A stretch of DNA of 38,061 nucleotides from an uncultured Dehalococcoidales bacterium (lineage in GTDB: Bacteria; Chloroflexota; Dehalococcoidia; GIF9; AB-539-J10): assembly GCA_964545665.1 (NCBI GenBank), contig CAZJGF010000002.1, positions 1-38,061 on the forward strand, in the 5' to 3' direction. Both the position numbers and the translations under genes were made by a program. The notes under the pieces were generated by a model. It was not told the DNA's origin and did not search any database. It worked only from the letters and a program-made list of their open reading frames with translations. Within the stretch, counting starts at the first letter, position 1, and the number at the start of each line of letters is the position of its first letter. Positions 1 through 8,795 of the stretch are shown piece after piece.

Positions 1-2
1 TC

Positions 3-185
3 GTCATGCTGGGGCCCACCACTCCTCTATCACCTGTTCTGTTCGATTACGGCGTGGATGTCCTCGCTGGGGTAAAGGTAGTTGAACCCGAGAAGACGAT
101 TCGCTCCATCAGCGAAGGCGCAATCTTCAGCCAGGTGGAAGGGGTAAGACTTGTGACTATGGTTAAGGGCATGAATAATGAGTGA
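3..185 (+). CDS. 3' end of a CDS truncated by the window edge; the tail resembles the C-terminus of DUF364-type (putative metal-chelation, Rossmann-like) proteins
   Basis: Open frame from position 3 to TGA at 183-185 ([60 protein letters not shown]). It overlaps the moaA ATG by 8 nt. The family call comes from memory of the GPS.P..P.LF..GVD.L.G pattern only. Confidence 0.3.
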   Translation, partial: VMLGPTTPLSPVLFDYGVDVLAGVKVVEPEKTIRSISEGAIFSQVEGVRLVTMVKGMNNE

Positions 186-1146
186 GCTTGTTGATTCCTT
201 TGGACGCAGTATAAATTACCTCAGGATTTCAGTTACCGACCGCTGTAATTTACGCTGTATCTATTGCATGCCACCTGAAGGTGTTCCTTCGATACCACAT
301 AGTGAACTACTCTCTTACGAGGAAATCTCAACTGTGACTCGGGTAGCAGCAGGACTGGGCATCAACAGAGTACGACTCACCGGCGGCGAGCCTTTAGTCA
401 GAGCCGAATTGCCCAAACTTGTCGGTATGCTCTCTCAGATAAAGGGAATTGACGAGGTATCTTTGACCACAAACGGGACACTTCTCAGGAAACATGCCTT
501 GGGACTCAAGGAGGCAGGCTTAAGGCGAATCAATGTTAGCTTGGACACGCTTAATGTTGATAAGTTTCGGAGAATCACGCGCGTTGGGGAGTTGGAAAAC
601 ACCCTTGATGGTATTGAAGCAGCCAGAGACGCTGGCTTTGAACCAGTCAAGATAAATATGGTTGTCATGCAAGGGGTAAATGATGATGAGTTGCTGGATT
701 TTGCCAGTATGACCTATAAGGAAGGATGGCATGTCCGATTCATTGAGCTCATGCCCTTCGCTGATATAATAGGAGTTGTGCCGTGCAGCGAAATCCGGCA
801 GCGTATCGGGTCGCTTGGTGCACTTGAGCCATGTGGACTGACTGGCAACGGTCCGGCCAGATACTACCGCTTGCCAGGGGCTAAAGGCACTGTGGGGTTC
901 ATTTGCCCCATTAGCGAGCCTTTTTGTTCCCAGTGTAACCGATTGCGACTCACTTCATATGGACAGTTGTGTCCATGTCTCTTATCAGAGGACGGGATTG
1001 ACCTGAAGGGTCCGTTACGTAGCAACGCCTCAATGCAGGAAATTGAGCGCCTGATTGTCGAAGCGATTATTTCCAAACCGAAACAGCATCGTCTAGCAGA
1101 AGGCATTGTGCGGATGAAACGGAGTATGTCCCGAATTGGAGGTTGA
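178..1146 (+). CDS. moaA: GTP 3',8-cyclase MoaA (radical SAM, molybdenum cofactor biosynthesis)
   Basis: 322 aa. N-terminal radical-SAM motif CNLRCIYC, C-terminal auxiliary-cluster cysteines ([18 protein letters not shown]), and terminal GG. Translationally coupled to flanking genes. Confidence 0.9.
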   Translation: MSELVDSFGRSINYLRISVTDRCNLRCIYCMPPEGVPSIPHSELLSYEEISTVTRVAAGLGINRVRLTGGEPLVRAELPKLVGMLSQIKGIDEVSLTTNGTLLRKHALGLKEAGLRRINVSLDTLNVDKFRRITRVGELENTLDGIEAARDAGFEPVKINMVVMQGVNDDELLDFASMTYKEGWHVRFIELMPFADIIGVVPCSEIRQRIGSLGALEPCGLTGNGPARYYRLPGAKGTVGFICPISEPFCSQCNRLRLTSYGQLCPCLLSEDGIDLKGPLRSNASMQEIERLIVEAIISKPKQHRLAEGIVRMKRSMSRIGG

Positions 1147-2081
1147 AAATGCCAGAGCCAGTAGAGCGAGTACGCATGATAGACGTCACTGGGAAGGCGG
1201 AAACGGAACGCCAGGCAGTGGCCAAAGCAAAGGTGAAAATGAAGCCCGCCACGTTAGAGCTTATCCGCCGAGGTGAAATGGCGAAGGGAGACGTGCTAGC
1301 TGTGGCACAAACGGCCGGGATTATGGCAGCCAAAGAGACTCCTCGCCTTATACCGTTATGTCACCCACTGCTGCTCACCAACGTTACAGTTGAGTTCTAC
1401 CTCCCCGAGAATGCTGACTTTATTGACATCACCACCAGCGCTAAGGGAGTTGGGAAGACAGGATTTGAGATGGAGGCGCTGGCGGCGGCGACGGTGGCCG
1501 CTCTAACCATTTATGACATGTGCAAGGGGGTGGATAGAGATATGGTTATTGATGGAATCCAGTTGGTAAAAAAGAGCGGTGGCAAAAGCGGAACTTATAT
1601 TGCCACTGAGCATAGAGGAGGTACGGAATGTGGCCAGATAGTCGCCGTTTGTTTGAGCCGGAGGAAAGGACCCAAGAAGCCTGTTAGCCAAGGTCTTCTA
1701 AAAGAAGACTACGGTCTCGTTGGCGACATACACGCTGGCAGCGCCCGCCAGGTGAGTCTACTGGCAATAGAGACAGTCAATAAGATGCTATCAGCCCTGG
1801 AGAGCATTAATCCTGACAGAATGCGCTCTCAGGATATAAAGATAAAACCGGGGGATTCCGCCGAGAACTTGCTCACTGAAGGTATAGACCTGATGTCTTT
1901 ACATCTTGGCACACGAATATACATAGGGCAAGAAGCCATCCTTGAGGTCAGTCAAATCGGAAAGGCATTTCACCGCCCGGGATTTTATCTCCTGCCTCTG
2001 GAGGGAGTATTTGCTCGAGTAGTCCAGGGAGGGGTGGTGCAGCCTGGCGACAGTTTGAGGGTTGAGCTAGATAAGAGATAA
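1143..2081 (+). CDS. moaC: MoaC (cyclic pyranopterin monophosphate synthase) fused to a C-terminal MOSC-like beta-barrel domain
   Basis: The N-terminal ~155 aa carry MoaC hallmarks ([55 protein letters not shown]). The C-terminal ~150 aa ([17 protein letters not shown] ... [11 protein letters not shown] ... [17 protein letters not shown]) look like small MOSC-domain proteins. ATGA overlap with moaA. Confidence 0.8.
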   Translation: MKMPEPVERVRMIDVTGKAETERQAVAKAKVKMKPATLELIRRGEMAKGDVLAVAQTAGIMAAKETPRLIPLCHPLLLTNVTVEFYLPENADFIDITTSAKGVGKTGFEMEALAAATVAALTIYDMCKGVDRDMVIDGIQLVKKSGGKSGTYIATEHRGGTECGQIVAVCLSRRKGPKKPVSQGLLKEDYGLVGDIHAGSARQVSLLAIETVNKMLSALESINPDRMRSQDIKIKPGDSAENLLTEGIDLMSLHLGTRIYIGQEAILEVSQIGKAFHRPGFYLLPLEGVFARVVQGGVVQPGDSLRVELDKR

Positions 2082-2130
2082 GCTAGCCTTCTCTTTCACA
2101 CTGCGGCAGCTAGCATAGATGAGAGCTGGT

Positions 2131-2802
2131 CTAAGAAGGGAGTACGCTTTTGACCAGCTTTCTAGCGATGATTCCGCAGACTTCCCTTATGTCCTCAGCG
2201 GGAAGGTAGTCGCTGATGCCGCTATCAAGCATCATGCTACCTCTGGGGGAAAACTCGTCATCGCCTCGCCACAGGGCTATGGTCACTGGCACACGGCTGA
2301 AAGCGTTGATAACCACAGATACGTCTCCATAATCTGCCTTTTGGCCACCCAGCTTCGCCGCTGCTTCCGGCAGTAGCTCAGGCTCGTCGCCGAATCGGTT
2401 CAAAAGAGGCACCACAGCCAGTTGCTGAAACACGGTGAAGTAGCTAGCGCATCCCGGCAGTTGCCCAAAGGTGATCATTCTGTTGGTGGCAGGGGTGCCC
2501 TTCGCCACCGTCAGATAGTGAAGTATCAGAATCTTGTCCCTCAGTGACAGCCCCTCGCCACTGTCCTGTAAACAAATTTCGCCGTCAGGAATGGTGACCA
2601 CACACGGCTGGCTCATATACTGAACCAGTATTCTGGTAACAGGCCGCTCCTTCACCTTGCTCCTGCCAATGACGTATTGGGCACCAGCTTTGCGACATAC
2701 TTCTGCTACGTCCATATGCAGCAACTGTTCGTAGGCAAGCCTATAAGCGAGCTCATGACCCTGGCCCCGCACGCTGGGCGATGATAAATGCTGCCCTGCC
2801 AT
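2131..2802 (-). CDS. DUF3786-like protein (family often found in Wood-Ljungdahl clusters)
   Basis: The track ORF 2131..2847 overlaps metF by 44 nt. An internal ATG at 2800-2802 lies 1 nt after the metF stop and gives MAGQHLSS.... The motif KILILHYLTVAKG...ITFGQLPGCASYFTVF matches my memory of DUF3786. Function unknown. Confidence 0.5.
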   Translation of the reverse strand: MAGQHLSSPSVRGQGHELAYRLAYEQLLHMDVAEVCRKAGAQYVIGRSKVKERPVTRILVQYMSQPCVVTIPDGEICLQDSGEGLSLRDKILILHYLTVAKGTPATNRMITFGQLPGCASYFTVFQQLAVVPLLNRFGDEPELLPEAAAKLGGQKADYGDVSVVINAFSRVPVTIALWRGDDEFSPRGSMMLDSGISDYLPAEDIREVCGIIARKLVKSVLPS

Positions 2803-2803
2803 T

Positions 2804-3733
2804 TCACCCTGTCGGTCTGGGCCGAGGCAAAAGACCTGCTGCCTCAACTATTTCAGGCACCGCCTCCTCCCATTCAATAGCCATAAGATGAATACCAGCG
2901 ACGCCTTCAATCTGGCGCAGCTCATTAATGATGTCCACACACAGCTTAATCCCCTCTTTCGAGACCTGCTCTTTGGGTACACCGCGGAGGCGCTCAATTA
3001 TCTCATCAGGGACATCCATCCCCGGGACTCTTGTCTTCATATATCTGGCTGCACCTACCGACTTTATCGGAGCAACTCCGGCAAGGATTCTTATCTTCTC
3101 ATGCAGTCCCTTATCACGCAGACGCCTCATCCACTCAGCGAACCTATCCACATTGTAGACAATTTGGGTCTGGATGAAATCTGCTCCAGCAGCTACCTTC
3201 TTGCCGAGACGAACTACTCTAAATTCAAATGGGTCGGCAAAGGGATTAGCAGCCGCTCCTATGAAAAGGCGCGGCTCAACTGTCATCTCCTCGCCGCACT
3301 GGAACTTCTTTTCGTCCCTCATATCTTTTACCACCTGGACAAACTGGATAGAATCGAAGTCAAAGACACCCTTAGCCTCAGGATGATTGCCGAATTTTTG
3401 ATGATCGCCAGTCAGGCATAGGACATTATTCATGCCCAGTGCGGCTATGCCCAATATGTCCATTTGAAGGGCAATGCGGTTCCGGTCTCGACAGGTCATC
3501 TGAACAATGGGGTCTAAGCCTTCCTCCTTGCCTATGAGACAAGCTGCCCAGCTTGGCATGCGCACCATAGCGGTTTGGCCGTCAGTAACATTAACGGCGT
3601 CAACATACTCTTTCAGTATTTTTGCCTTTCTGCGAACCACCTCGGGATCAGCACTTTGCGGCGGTCCCAACTCGCCAGTCACAGCAAATTGTCCAGCCTC
3701 CAGCACCCTTTCCAAGTTACTTCTTGTCTTCAT
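2804..3733 (-). CDS. metF: Methylenetetrahydrofolate reductase, acetogen-type MetF
   Basis: 309 aa MTHFR TIM-barrel pattern (FAVTGELGPP, NVTDGQTAMVRM, QMTCRDRNRIALQ, LCLTGDH, GADFIQTQIVYNV). AGGAGG lies 6 nt upstream of the ATG. Directly downstream of metV. Confidence 0.85.
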   Translation of the reverse strand: MKTRSNLERVLEAGQFAVTGELGPPQSADPEVVRRKAKILKEYVDAVNVTDGQTAMVRMPSWAACLIGKEEGLDPIVQMTCRDRNRIALQMDILGIAALGMNNVLCLTGDHQKFGNHPEAKGVFDFDSIQFVQVVKDMRDEKKFQCGEEMTVEPRLFIGAAANPFADPFEFRVVRLGKKVAAGADFIQTQIVYNVDRFAEWMRRLRDKGLHEKIRILAGVAPIKSVGAARYMKTRVPGMDVPDEIIERLRGVPKEQVSKEGIKLCVDIINELRQIEGVAGIHLMAIEWEEAVPEIVEAAGLLPRPRPTG

Positions 3734-3761
3734 AAATCCCTCCTAATGTTGCTTCTCTGAA

Positions 3762-4493
3762 TCAGAGCCCCAGTGCCTCTATTACCTTCTTCGTCTCCTT
3801 CAGTTTCTCCATAAGGTCAATAGGTTCAACTTCTAGTGTGCGTGGCCTTACTGCCTTGCTCCAATCATGTGGCGCCTTTATTTCCACCAATTCGTCCAAT
3901 GCTCCAAGTTTCTCTAATCTGCGGTAAATCATTACCCAAGCACAGTCACGCGTAGGGTCTACTTCACACTTGCCATCTATAGTCGTTCCACCACAGGGGC
4001 CATTCAGCAACCCCTTGGGACACTGCACCAACGGGCAAATACCAGCGGTTCGCCCCAGTTCGCATGCCCCACACGCCTGGCATTCCTCCTTAAAGCTAGC
4101 CGGACCCCCACCAGAAAACCCCAGAGCATCGTTTGCCGGGTACATAGGCTTTACAATGCCCATTTCCTCCTCCAGATATCCTCTCACCACCTGTGCCCCA
4201 TCGCCACAACTCTGCATTAACATGGCGTCGCACTCTTCTATCTCTCCCCTGTGTTCTTTCAAGAACATGGATGACATAGGAAGGTAGCAGGCAAATACCG
4301 CGAAGGGCAATTTAATCCTGCCTATGACCTCCTTTCCCTCTTTTGCCAGTCTCTCCGCCATTTCATCTATCTCTTTTGGACCGCCAGTATGAAAAATTGT
4401 AGCGCATCCTCCACAGCCCATTAGGACTATTTTTTTCTTACCCCGGAGATACTCTAGAACCTCTTCAAAGGGTTTTGGCGTTTGTGCATTCAT
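3762..4493 (-). CDS. metV: MetV (methylene-THF reductase C-terminal-domain / zinc-ribbon Fe-S subunit)
   Basis: 243 aa. C-terminal Cys pattern CQACGACELGRTAGICPLVQCPKGLLNGPCGGTTIDGKCEVDPTRDCAW is typical of the MTHFR_C/MetV family. AAGGAG Shine-Dalgarno (SD). 28 nt upstream of metF. Confidence 0.75.
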   Translation of the reverse strand: MNAQTPKPFEEVLEYLRGKKKIVLMGCGGCATIFHTGGPKEIDEMAERLAKEGKEVIGRIKLPFAVFACYLPMSSMFLKEHRGEIEECDAMLMQSCGDGAQVVRGYLEEEMGIVKPMYPANDALGFSGGGPASFKEECQACGACELGRTAGICPLVQCPKGLLNGPCGGTTIDGKCEVDPTRDCAWVMIYRRLEKLGALDELVEIKAPHDWSKAVRPRTLEVEPIDLMEKLKETKKVIEALGL

Positions 4494-4584
4494 TCCTTTC
4501 TCCTTAACTTATTTGTTCCGTGCCAAGAATAGGCATCCCGGGCTGACCAGCCGCTTTGAGAGCGCTTCTTGACCTGTGATGAGA

Positions 4585-5235
4585 TTAGCGGAGCCTCCTC
4601 ACTGGCGGGCCTGCAATGAGACTCACGCTCCAATTCTTTGGAGACACAATCCTCTCCAACTTGTCGAGTTGCCCTAATTCAGTCAGTCTCTCAATAATCA
4701 ATTGCCAGACGCATGGAATACTGGGATCAACTTCGCATTGGCCGTCATGCGAGCCACCACAGGGACCGTTAAGCAAATGCTTAGAACATCTGGCAATGGG
4801 ACAGATGCCACCGGTGAACTCTAACACGCACTCACCACATTCAAGACAACGCTCTGCTTCCTTCCACTCAGCATGACTCCCGCCTGAGGACAAGGTATTA
4901 CAGCCAGGATGTACCACCTTGTTTACCACCTCCGCTACAGTTTGCACCCCAGCGCCATCAGTCAGCACTAGCATGGAATCAGCAGCATTGATTTCACTTC
5001 TGTGAGCCCGTAGCGCCAACCTGGTCAATGTGCTATCACACAGCATATCGACGACCGCAGACCCAGTGATGGTTTTGCCCTGCTCTCGCAGAGTTTTCCC
5101 CATTTCCGCTACCTGCTTTTCACCACCACTTTGCCAGCCTTCAGCACACCCTTTACAGCCAATCAGAAAGACATTTGTCTCACCGTCAAGATAACTAAGG
5201 ATTTCTTCAAGTGGTTTCTGCTCCGAAATCAACAT
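4585..5235 (-). CDS. Second MetV-like protein (MetV paralogue)
   Basis: 216 aa with the same architecture as metV (LIGCKGCAEG ... CLECGECVLEFTGGICPIARCSKHLLNGPCGGSHDGQCEVDPSIPCVW). Its ATG (5233-5235) overlaps the stop of the hydrogenase protease (ATGTTGA), with AAGGAG 8 nt upstream. Confidence 0.7.
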   Translation of the reverse strand: MLISEQKPLEEILSYLDGETNVFLIGCKGCAEGWQSGGEKQVAEMGKTLREQGKTITGSAVVDMLCDSTLTRLALRAHRSEINAADSMLVLTDGAGVQTVAEVVNKVVHPGCNTLSSGGSHAEWKEAERCLECGECVLEFTGGICPIARCSKHLLNGPCGGSHDGQCEVDPSIPCVWQLIIERLTELGQLDKLERIVSPKNWSVSLIAGPPVRRLR

Positions 5236-5693
5236 CTTGCCTCTCCTTCACGACCTACATTACCCAACTCCGCCAATATCATCTTCACAATATGCGGCGT
5301 CTTCTCCCGAAGCTCGGGTGATAACTCCAGGCCCCATCCTATCTCCTTAGGCTCAACCGCAATTATGACAGTCTCCGGTACATTACGCCAAGCCTTGGTT
5401 AGCAGCAGATTAGCTACTAGAGTCATCTGGTGAAGGGATAGAATCGGCTGCTGGCCCAAAGCGATATCGCCAAGCTCAAAACGATAGACCTCGCCAGGCG
5501 TTCCTCCTGCTTTGGCAGCGTCCACCACAATCAACCTGTCAGTGTTCTCAGGGAACAACACTTCAGGCGATGTCCCGCCATCTATGACCTCTGTATCGGG
5601 AAGAGGAATTTGCTTCAGAGCCTGGGCAACATGACAGCCTATTCCTTCGTCCTTCAACAATATATTTCCTACTCCGAGAATTGTGGTCCCCAT
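5229..5693 (-). CDS. [NiFe]-hydrogenase maturation endopeptidase (HybD/HycI family)
   Basis: N-terminus MGTTILGVGNILLKDEGIGCHVAQ and later VIDGGT fit the family. The track ORF starts at a TTG (5720) that overlaps the large subunit. I prefer the ATG at 5691-5693, 4 nt after the large-subunit stop. Confidence 0.8.
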   Translation of the reverse strand: MGTTILGVGNILLKDEGIGCHVAQALKQIPLPDTEVIDGGTSPEVLFPENTDRLIVVDAAKAGGTPGEVYRFELGDIALGQQPILSLHQMTLVANLLLTKAWRNVPETVIIAVEPKEIGWGLELSPELREKTPHIVKMILAELGNVGREGEARC

Positions 5694-5697
5694 GCTG

Positions 5698-7257
5698 CTA
5701 ACAGATGCTGTATTTGCCAATGCTATTCCCCTTAGGGCTAACCAGGTGTACAGCGCAGGCTAGGCAAGGGTCGAACGAACGTACAATACGGACAATCTCA
5801 AAAGGGTTAGCTTCATCTTTTATCTTAGTTCCAGTGATAGCCTGTTCTAGGGGTCCAGGTTGGCCTTTATCATCTTCGGGAGAAATATTCCAACTAGATG
5901 GGGTAACAACTTGGTAGTTAGCGATCCTATTCTCCCTTATTTCTATCCAGTGCCCCAAGGCGCCCCTTGCTGCCCCAACCAGACCCATTCCCACTGCTTC
6001 CTCAGGGAGTCTATAGCTTATGTAAGCTGGGTCGCCGGGCTTCAGCTCCAAAACCCAATCAATCATCGAATCAGCTATTAGCTTTGTTTCCAGGGCCCGA
6101 GCAAGGTTACGCCCGGTGACAGAAAACATCGCGGCGGGTTTTACACCTAGCTGCGACAAAGCAGAGTCAAACAATTTCGTGACTTCCGGGTGGCCACCCG
6201 CATAGTTGACCATGATTCGAGCCAATGGCCCAACCTCAAAAGCCATTCCATCATAGCGGGGTGATTTTATCCAAGAGTAGGCTCCTTCCTTTTCCTCGTC
6301 AAGAATAGTGTCTCCCTGCGAGGGATGCTTGCCACTGATGGAGTCAGCGTACCAAGAATGCCTCACCTCTTCGGCAATTTTGCCCGGCTTGAATTCACCA
6401 AAACTAAGGTCAGTAGAAGTTATCCCTGGCTTAAAGAATCTATTCCGCTTGGTGAGGTCTGCTTCCTTTCCATCTAGCTCATAGGACCCATAGGCAAGCA
6501 ACCTGCCACAGCCACCTCCAATCTCAAGGTAATCTGGATAAGCCCGGGCTATCGCTAGTATGTCAGGAAGGTAAACATTGTCAATGAACTGCTGAAGTTC
6601 CTTCAACCTCCACAGAAAGGACGTTATGTTGTCTACAGTGGGAACGGAAGCAACTCCGCCAGGGAGAATCCCCATATTATGAGGCATCTTACCACCGAAA
6701 AGAGAGACAAGTTCCTGCCCTTTACGGCGCATATCGAATGCCTGAACATAGTGAGCTACTGCTTGTTGGTTAACCTTATCGGCCAGGCGATAATCACCTT
6801 CATAACGAGGAACAAACGGTCCCAGCTCACCTCTCTTGATGAAGCTTTTCAGCGAGTCCAGGGCGGGGTCATTGCCTTCATATTCTGCTATCTTGGCCAC
6901 ATCCACATAATCGAGGGCGGCAAGGTGATAGAAGTGAAGGATATGGTCTGCGATATGAGCTGCTCCAAGGATTAGATTGCGGATTATCCTTCCATTATCA
7001 GGTATTCGGTCGGCGATGCCAAAGGCACTATCCAAACTCAGGGCAGCTGCAACAGAATGGCTAGTGGGACAAACTCCACAGATACGCTGAGTTATCCGCT
7101 GGGCGTCACGAGGATCCCTGCCCTTCATGATTAACTCTAAGCCTCGGAATAGCATCCCCGAGCTCTTAGCCTCTTTTACCTCGCCGTCGTCAATCACTGC
7201 CTCTACCTTGAGATGTCCCTCAATGCGAGTTACCGGATCAATTACGATCTTGCCCAT
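5698..7257 (-). CDS. [NiFe]-hydrogenase large subunit, uptake-type (group 1/2-like)
   Basis: 519 aa. N-terminal TRIEGH and RICGVCPTSH. C-terminal DPCLACAVH followed by a 16-aa extension (LVSPKGNSIGKYSIC), a substrate for the adjacent protease. Confidence 0.9.
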   Translation of the reverse strand: MGKIVIDPVTRIEGHLKVEAVIDDGEVKEAKSSGMLFRGLELIMKGRDPRDAQRITQRICGVCPTSHSVAAALSLDSAFGIADRIPDNGRIIRNLILGAAHIADHILHFYHLAALDYVDVAKIAEYEGNDPALDSLKSFIKRGELGPFVPRYEGDYRLADKVNQQAVAHYVQAFDMRRKGQELVSLFGGKMPHNMGILPGGVASVPTVDNITSFLWRLKELQQFIDNVYLPDILAIARAYPDYLEIGGGCGRLLAYGSYELDGKEADLTKRNRFFKPGITSTDLSFGEFKPGKIAEEVRHSWYADSISGKHPSQGDTILDEEKEGAYSWIKSPRYDGMAFEVGPLARIMVNYAGGHPEVTKLFDSALSQLGVKPAAMFSVTGRNLARALETKLIADSMIDWVLELKPGDPAYISYRLPEEAVGMGLVGAARGALGHWIEIRENRIANYQVVTPSSWNISPEDDKGQPGPLEQAITGTKIKDEANPFEIVRIVRSFDPCLACAVHLVSPKGNSIGKYSIC

Positions 7258-7261
7258 TGGT

Positions 7262-8128
7262 TCAAACCTCCTCTGGCAAAGAGGCTGTGCTTAGCTTTTC
7301 ATAAATCGGGGATATGTCAAAGAATTCAGGCTCTGTGCAGCCAATACATGTAGCACCACAACCCACACACCAATTCACTCCGTTGTTCCACAACCTTAAG
7401 GGACAATCAGCATGGGTCACTGGCCCCCTGCATCCTAATTCATAGTTACATCCTGGTTCGCCAAACTTCTTAGCAAACTTATTCTCATCGTAGTAGGCTC
7501 GCCGCGGGCAGTTTTCATGGATTGTTTGACCATAAAAAGCTTTAGGGCGCCTATATTCGTCCAAGTCCTCCGGCTTGGGTAAGCCTGAAAGCAAGATGCT
7601 TGCCACCGTGCCCACAAACCAAGCAGGATGCGGTGGGCAGCCTGGAATATTTACCAATGGAGTGCCGATGCCCCGGGCTCGGAGAACGTCACCAACACTG
7701 AGGCACTGGGTAGGGTTAGGATAAGCGGCAGGGATTCCCCCAAAGGCAGCACATGATCCCAGGGCAATGACTGCGAGGGCATCCTTAGCTAACTCCTCTA
7801 CTCGTGACAGCATGGTGACAGGCTTTCCATCTCTCTCGCTCACTACTCCGTGGATGCCGCCTTTAGCTGTGGGAATAGCCCCCTCTACAATCAAGATATA
7901 ACCACCCCTTTTCTCCTTTGCTGTACCCTCCATAACTTCAATCACGGGCTCTCCTGCCCCTGCCATTACAGTGGAATGGACCCGCAGATTTATATGTTTG
8001 CCTGGAAGAATCTCATCAACTAGGAGGTTTTTGATAGAGGGATTTGTAGTATTGAGAAGTGAGACCGAGCACCCAGTGCAGGCAGCACATTGAAGCCATA
8101 TTGCCGGGTATTCCTTCACCGCCGTCAT
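7262..8128 (-). CDS. [NiFe]-hydrogenase small subunit, no twin-arginine signal (cytoplasmic)
   Basis: 288 aa. It starts directly at the proximal-cluster region (IWLQCAACTGCSVSLLN). Distal cluster region is GCRGPVTHADCPLRLWNNGVNWCVGCGATCIGCTEP. No RRxFxK motif at the N-terminus. Confidence 0.85.
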   Translation of the reverse strand: MTAVKEYPAIWLQCAACTGCSVSLLNTTNPSIKNLLVDEILPGKHINLRVHSTVMAGAGEPVIEVMEGTAKEKRGGYILIVEGAIPTAKGGIHGVVSERDGKPVTMLSRVEELAKDALAVIALGSCAAFGGIPAAYPNPTQCLSVGDVLRARGIGTPLVNIPGCPPHPAWFVGTVASILLSGLPKPEDLDEYRRPKAFYGQTIHENCPRRAYYDENKFAKKFGEPGCNYELGCRGPVTHADCPLRLWNNGVNWCVGCGATCIGCTEPEFFDISPIYEKLSTASLPEEV

Positions 8129-8306
8129 AACGTTCCTGTCGATTCTGGTAGTCTGGTTATTGTACTATCCTTGACAAAAGAAGACGCCTATCTTCACTTG
8201 AATTCTTTCCACAACCGCCACTGCTCTCGGCTACTCCTAACCTGAGAACAACGGCCACCATTTTCATCTCCCCACTTGGCTGAAAACTACCCCCTTCCTT
8301 GTATTC

Positions 8307-8789
8307 TCAACGCAACAGGGCACGGTGCGCCCAGCCGATCTCCTCCAGGACAAGATTTATAACTTCTGGGACAGTCTCTGTTGCCTTTGCTGTCATTTCT
8401 TCGGTAAACTCAGTCACCTGTCCAACCCCTATAGCAAATATCACCATTTCTTTTGGCATTTGATTTGCTGCAAATCTCCGGCCAAACTCAATTGCAGTGG
8501 CGAAGTTCATGCCATGCGGCCAACTGGTCTGATCCACCGTGTTCACCAAATCTTCGAGCCGCAGCTTATATATTCCACCTATGTCTCCACTCCCAGTCTC
8601 AATTGCATCAATTATGATTACCTTGTCGTATCCAGCGATGTTTTCCAACAAACCTAAGCCACTTGTGTCGGCGTCCATCACATCAATCTTCTCGTCGTTA
8701 ATCCTTTTGGCCAACTCCTGAGCAACGTGGACGCCTATGCCATCATCTCCCAAGATTGCGTTTCCTATACCCAGAATAAGCGTCTTCAC
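8307..8789 (-). CDS. [NiFe]-hydrogenase maturation endopeptidase (second copy)
   Basis: 160 aa, MKTLILGIGNAILGDDGIGVHVAQ ... IIIDAI. Immediately downstream of the mvhA-like gene. Confidence 0.85.
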   Translation of the reverse strand: MKTLILGIGNAILGDDGIGVHVAQELAKRINDEKIDVMDADTSGLGLLENIAGYDKVIIIDAIETGSGDIGGIYKLRLEDLVNTVDQTSWPHGMNFATAIEFGRRFAANQMPKEMVIFAIGVGQVTEFTEEMTAKATETVPEVINLVLEEIGWAHRALLR

Positions 8790-8795
8790 TTCAGT

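Noticed and set aside
4505-4526. Perfect sigma-54 -24 element TTGGCACGG on the minus strand upstream of metV
   Set aside because: There is no GC at the -12 position (the sequence reads TGGCACGGAACAAAT). The implied TSS would also fall inside the metV ribosome-binding site.
8157-8267. 36-codon small ORF (MKMVAVVLRLGVAESSGGCGKNSSEDRRLLLSRIVQ) upstream of the hydrogenase small subunit, possibly a relic Tat signal (RRLLL)
   Set aside because: It is in a different frame from the small subunit, has no hydrophobic h-region or AxA site after the RR, and has poor SD spacing. There is no support beyond the RR dipeptide.
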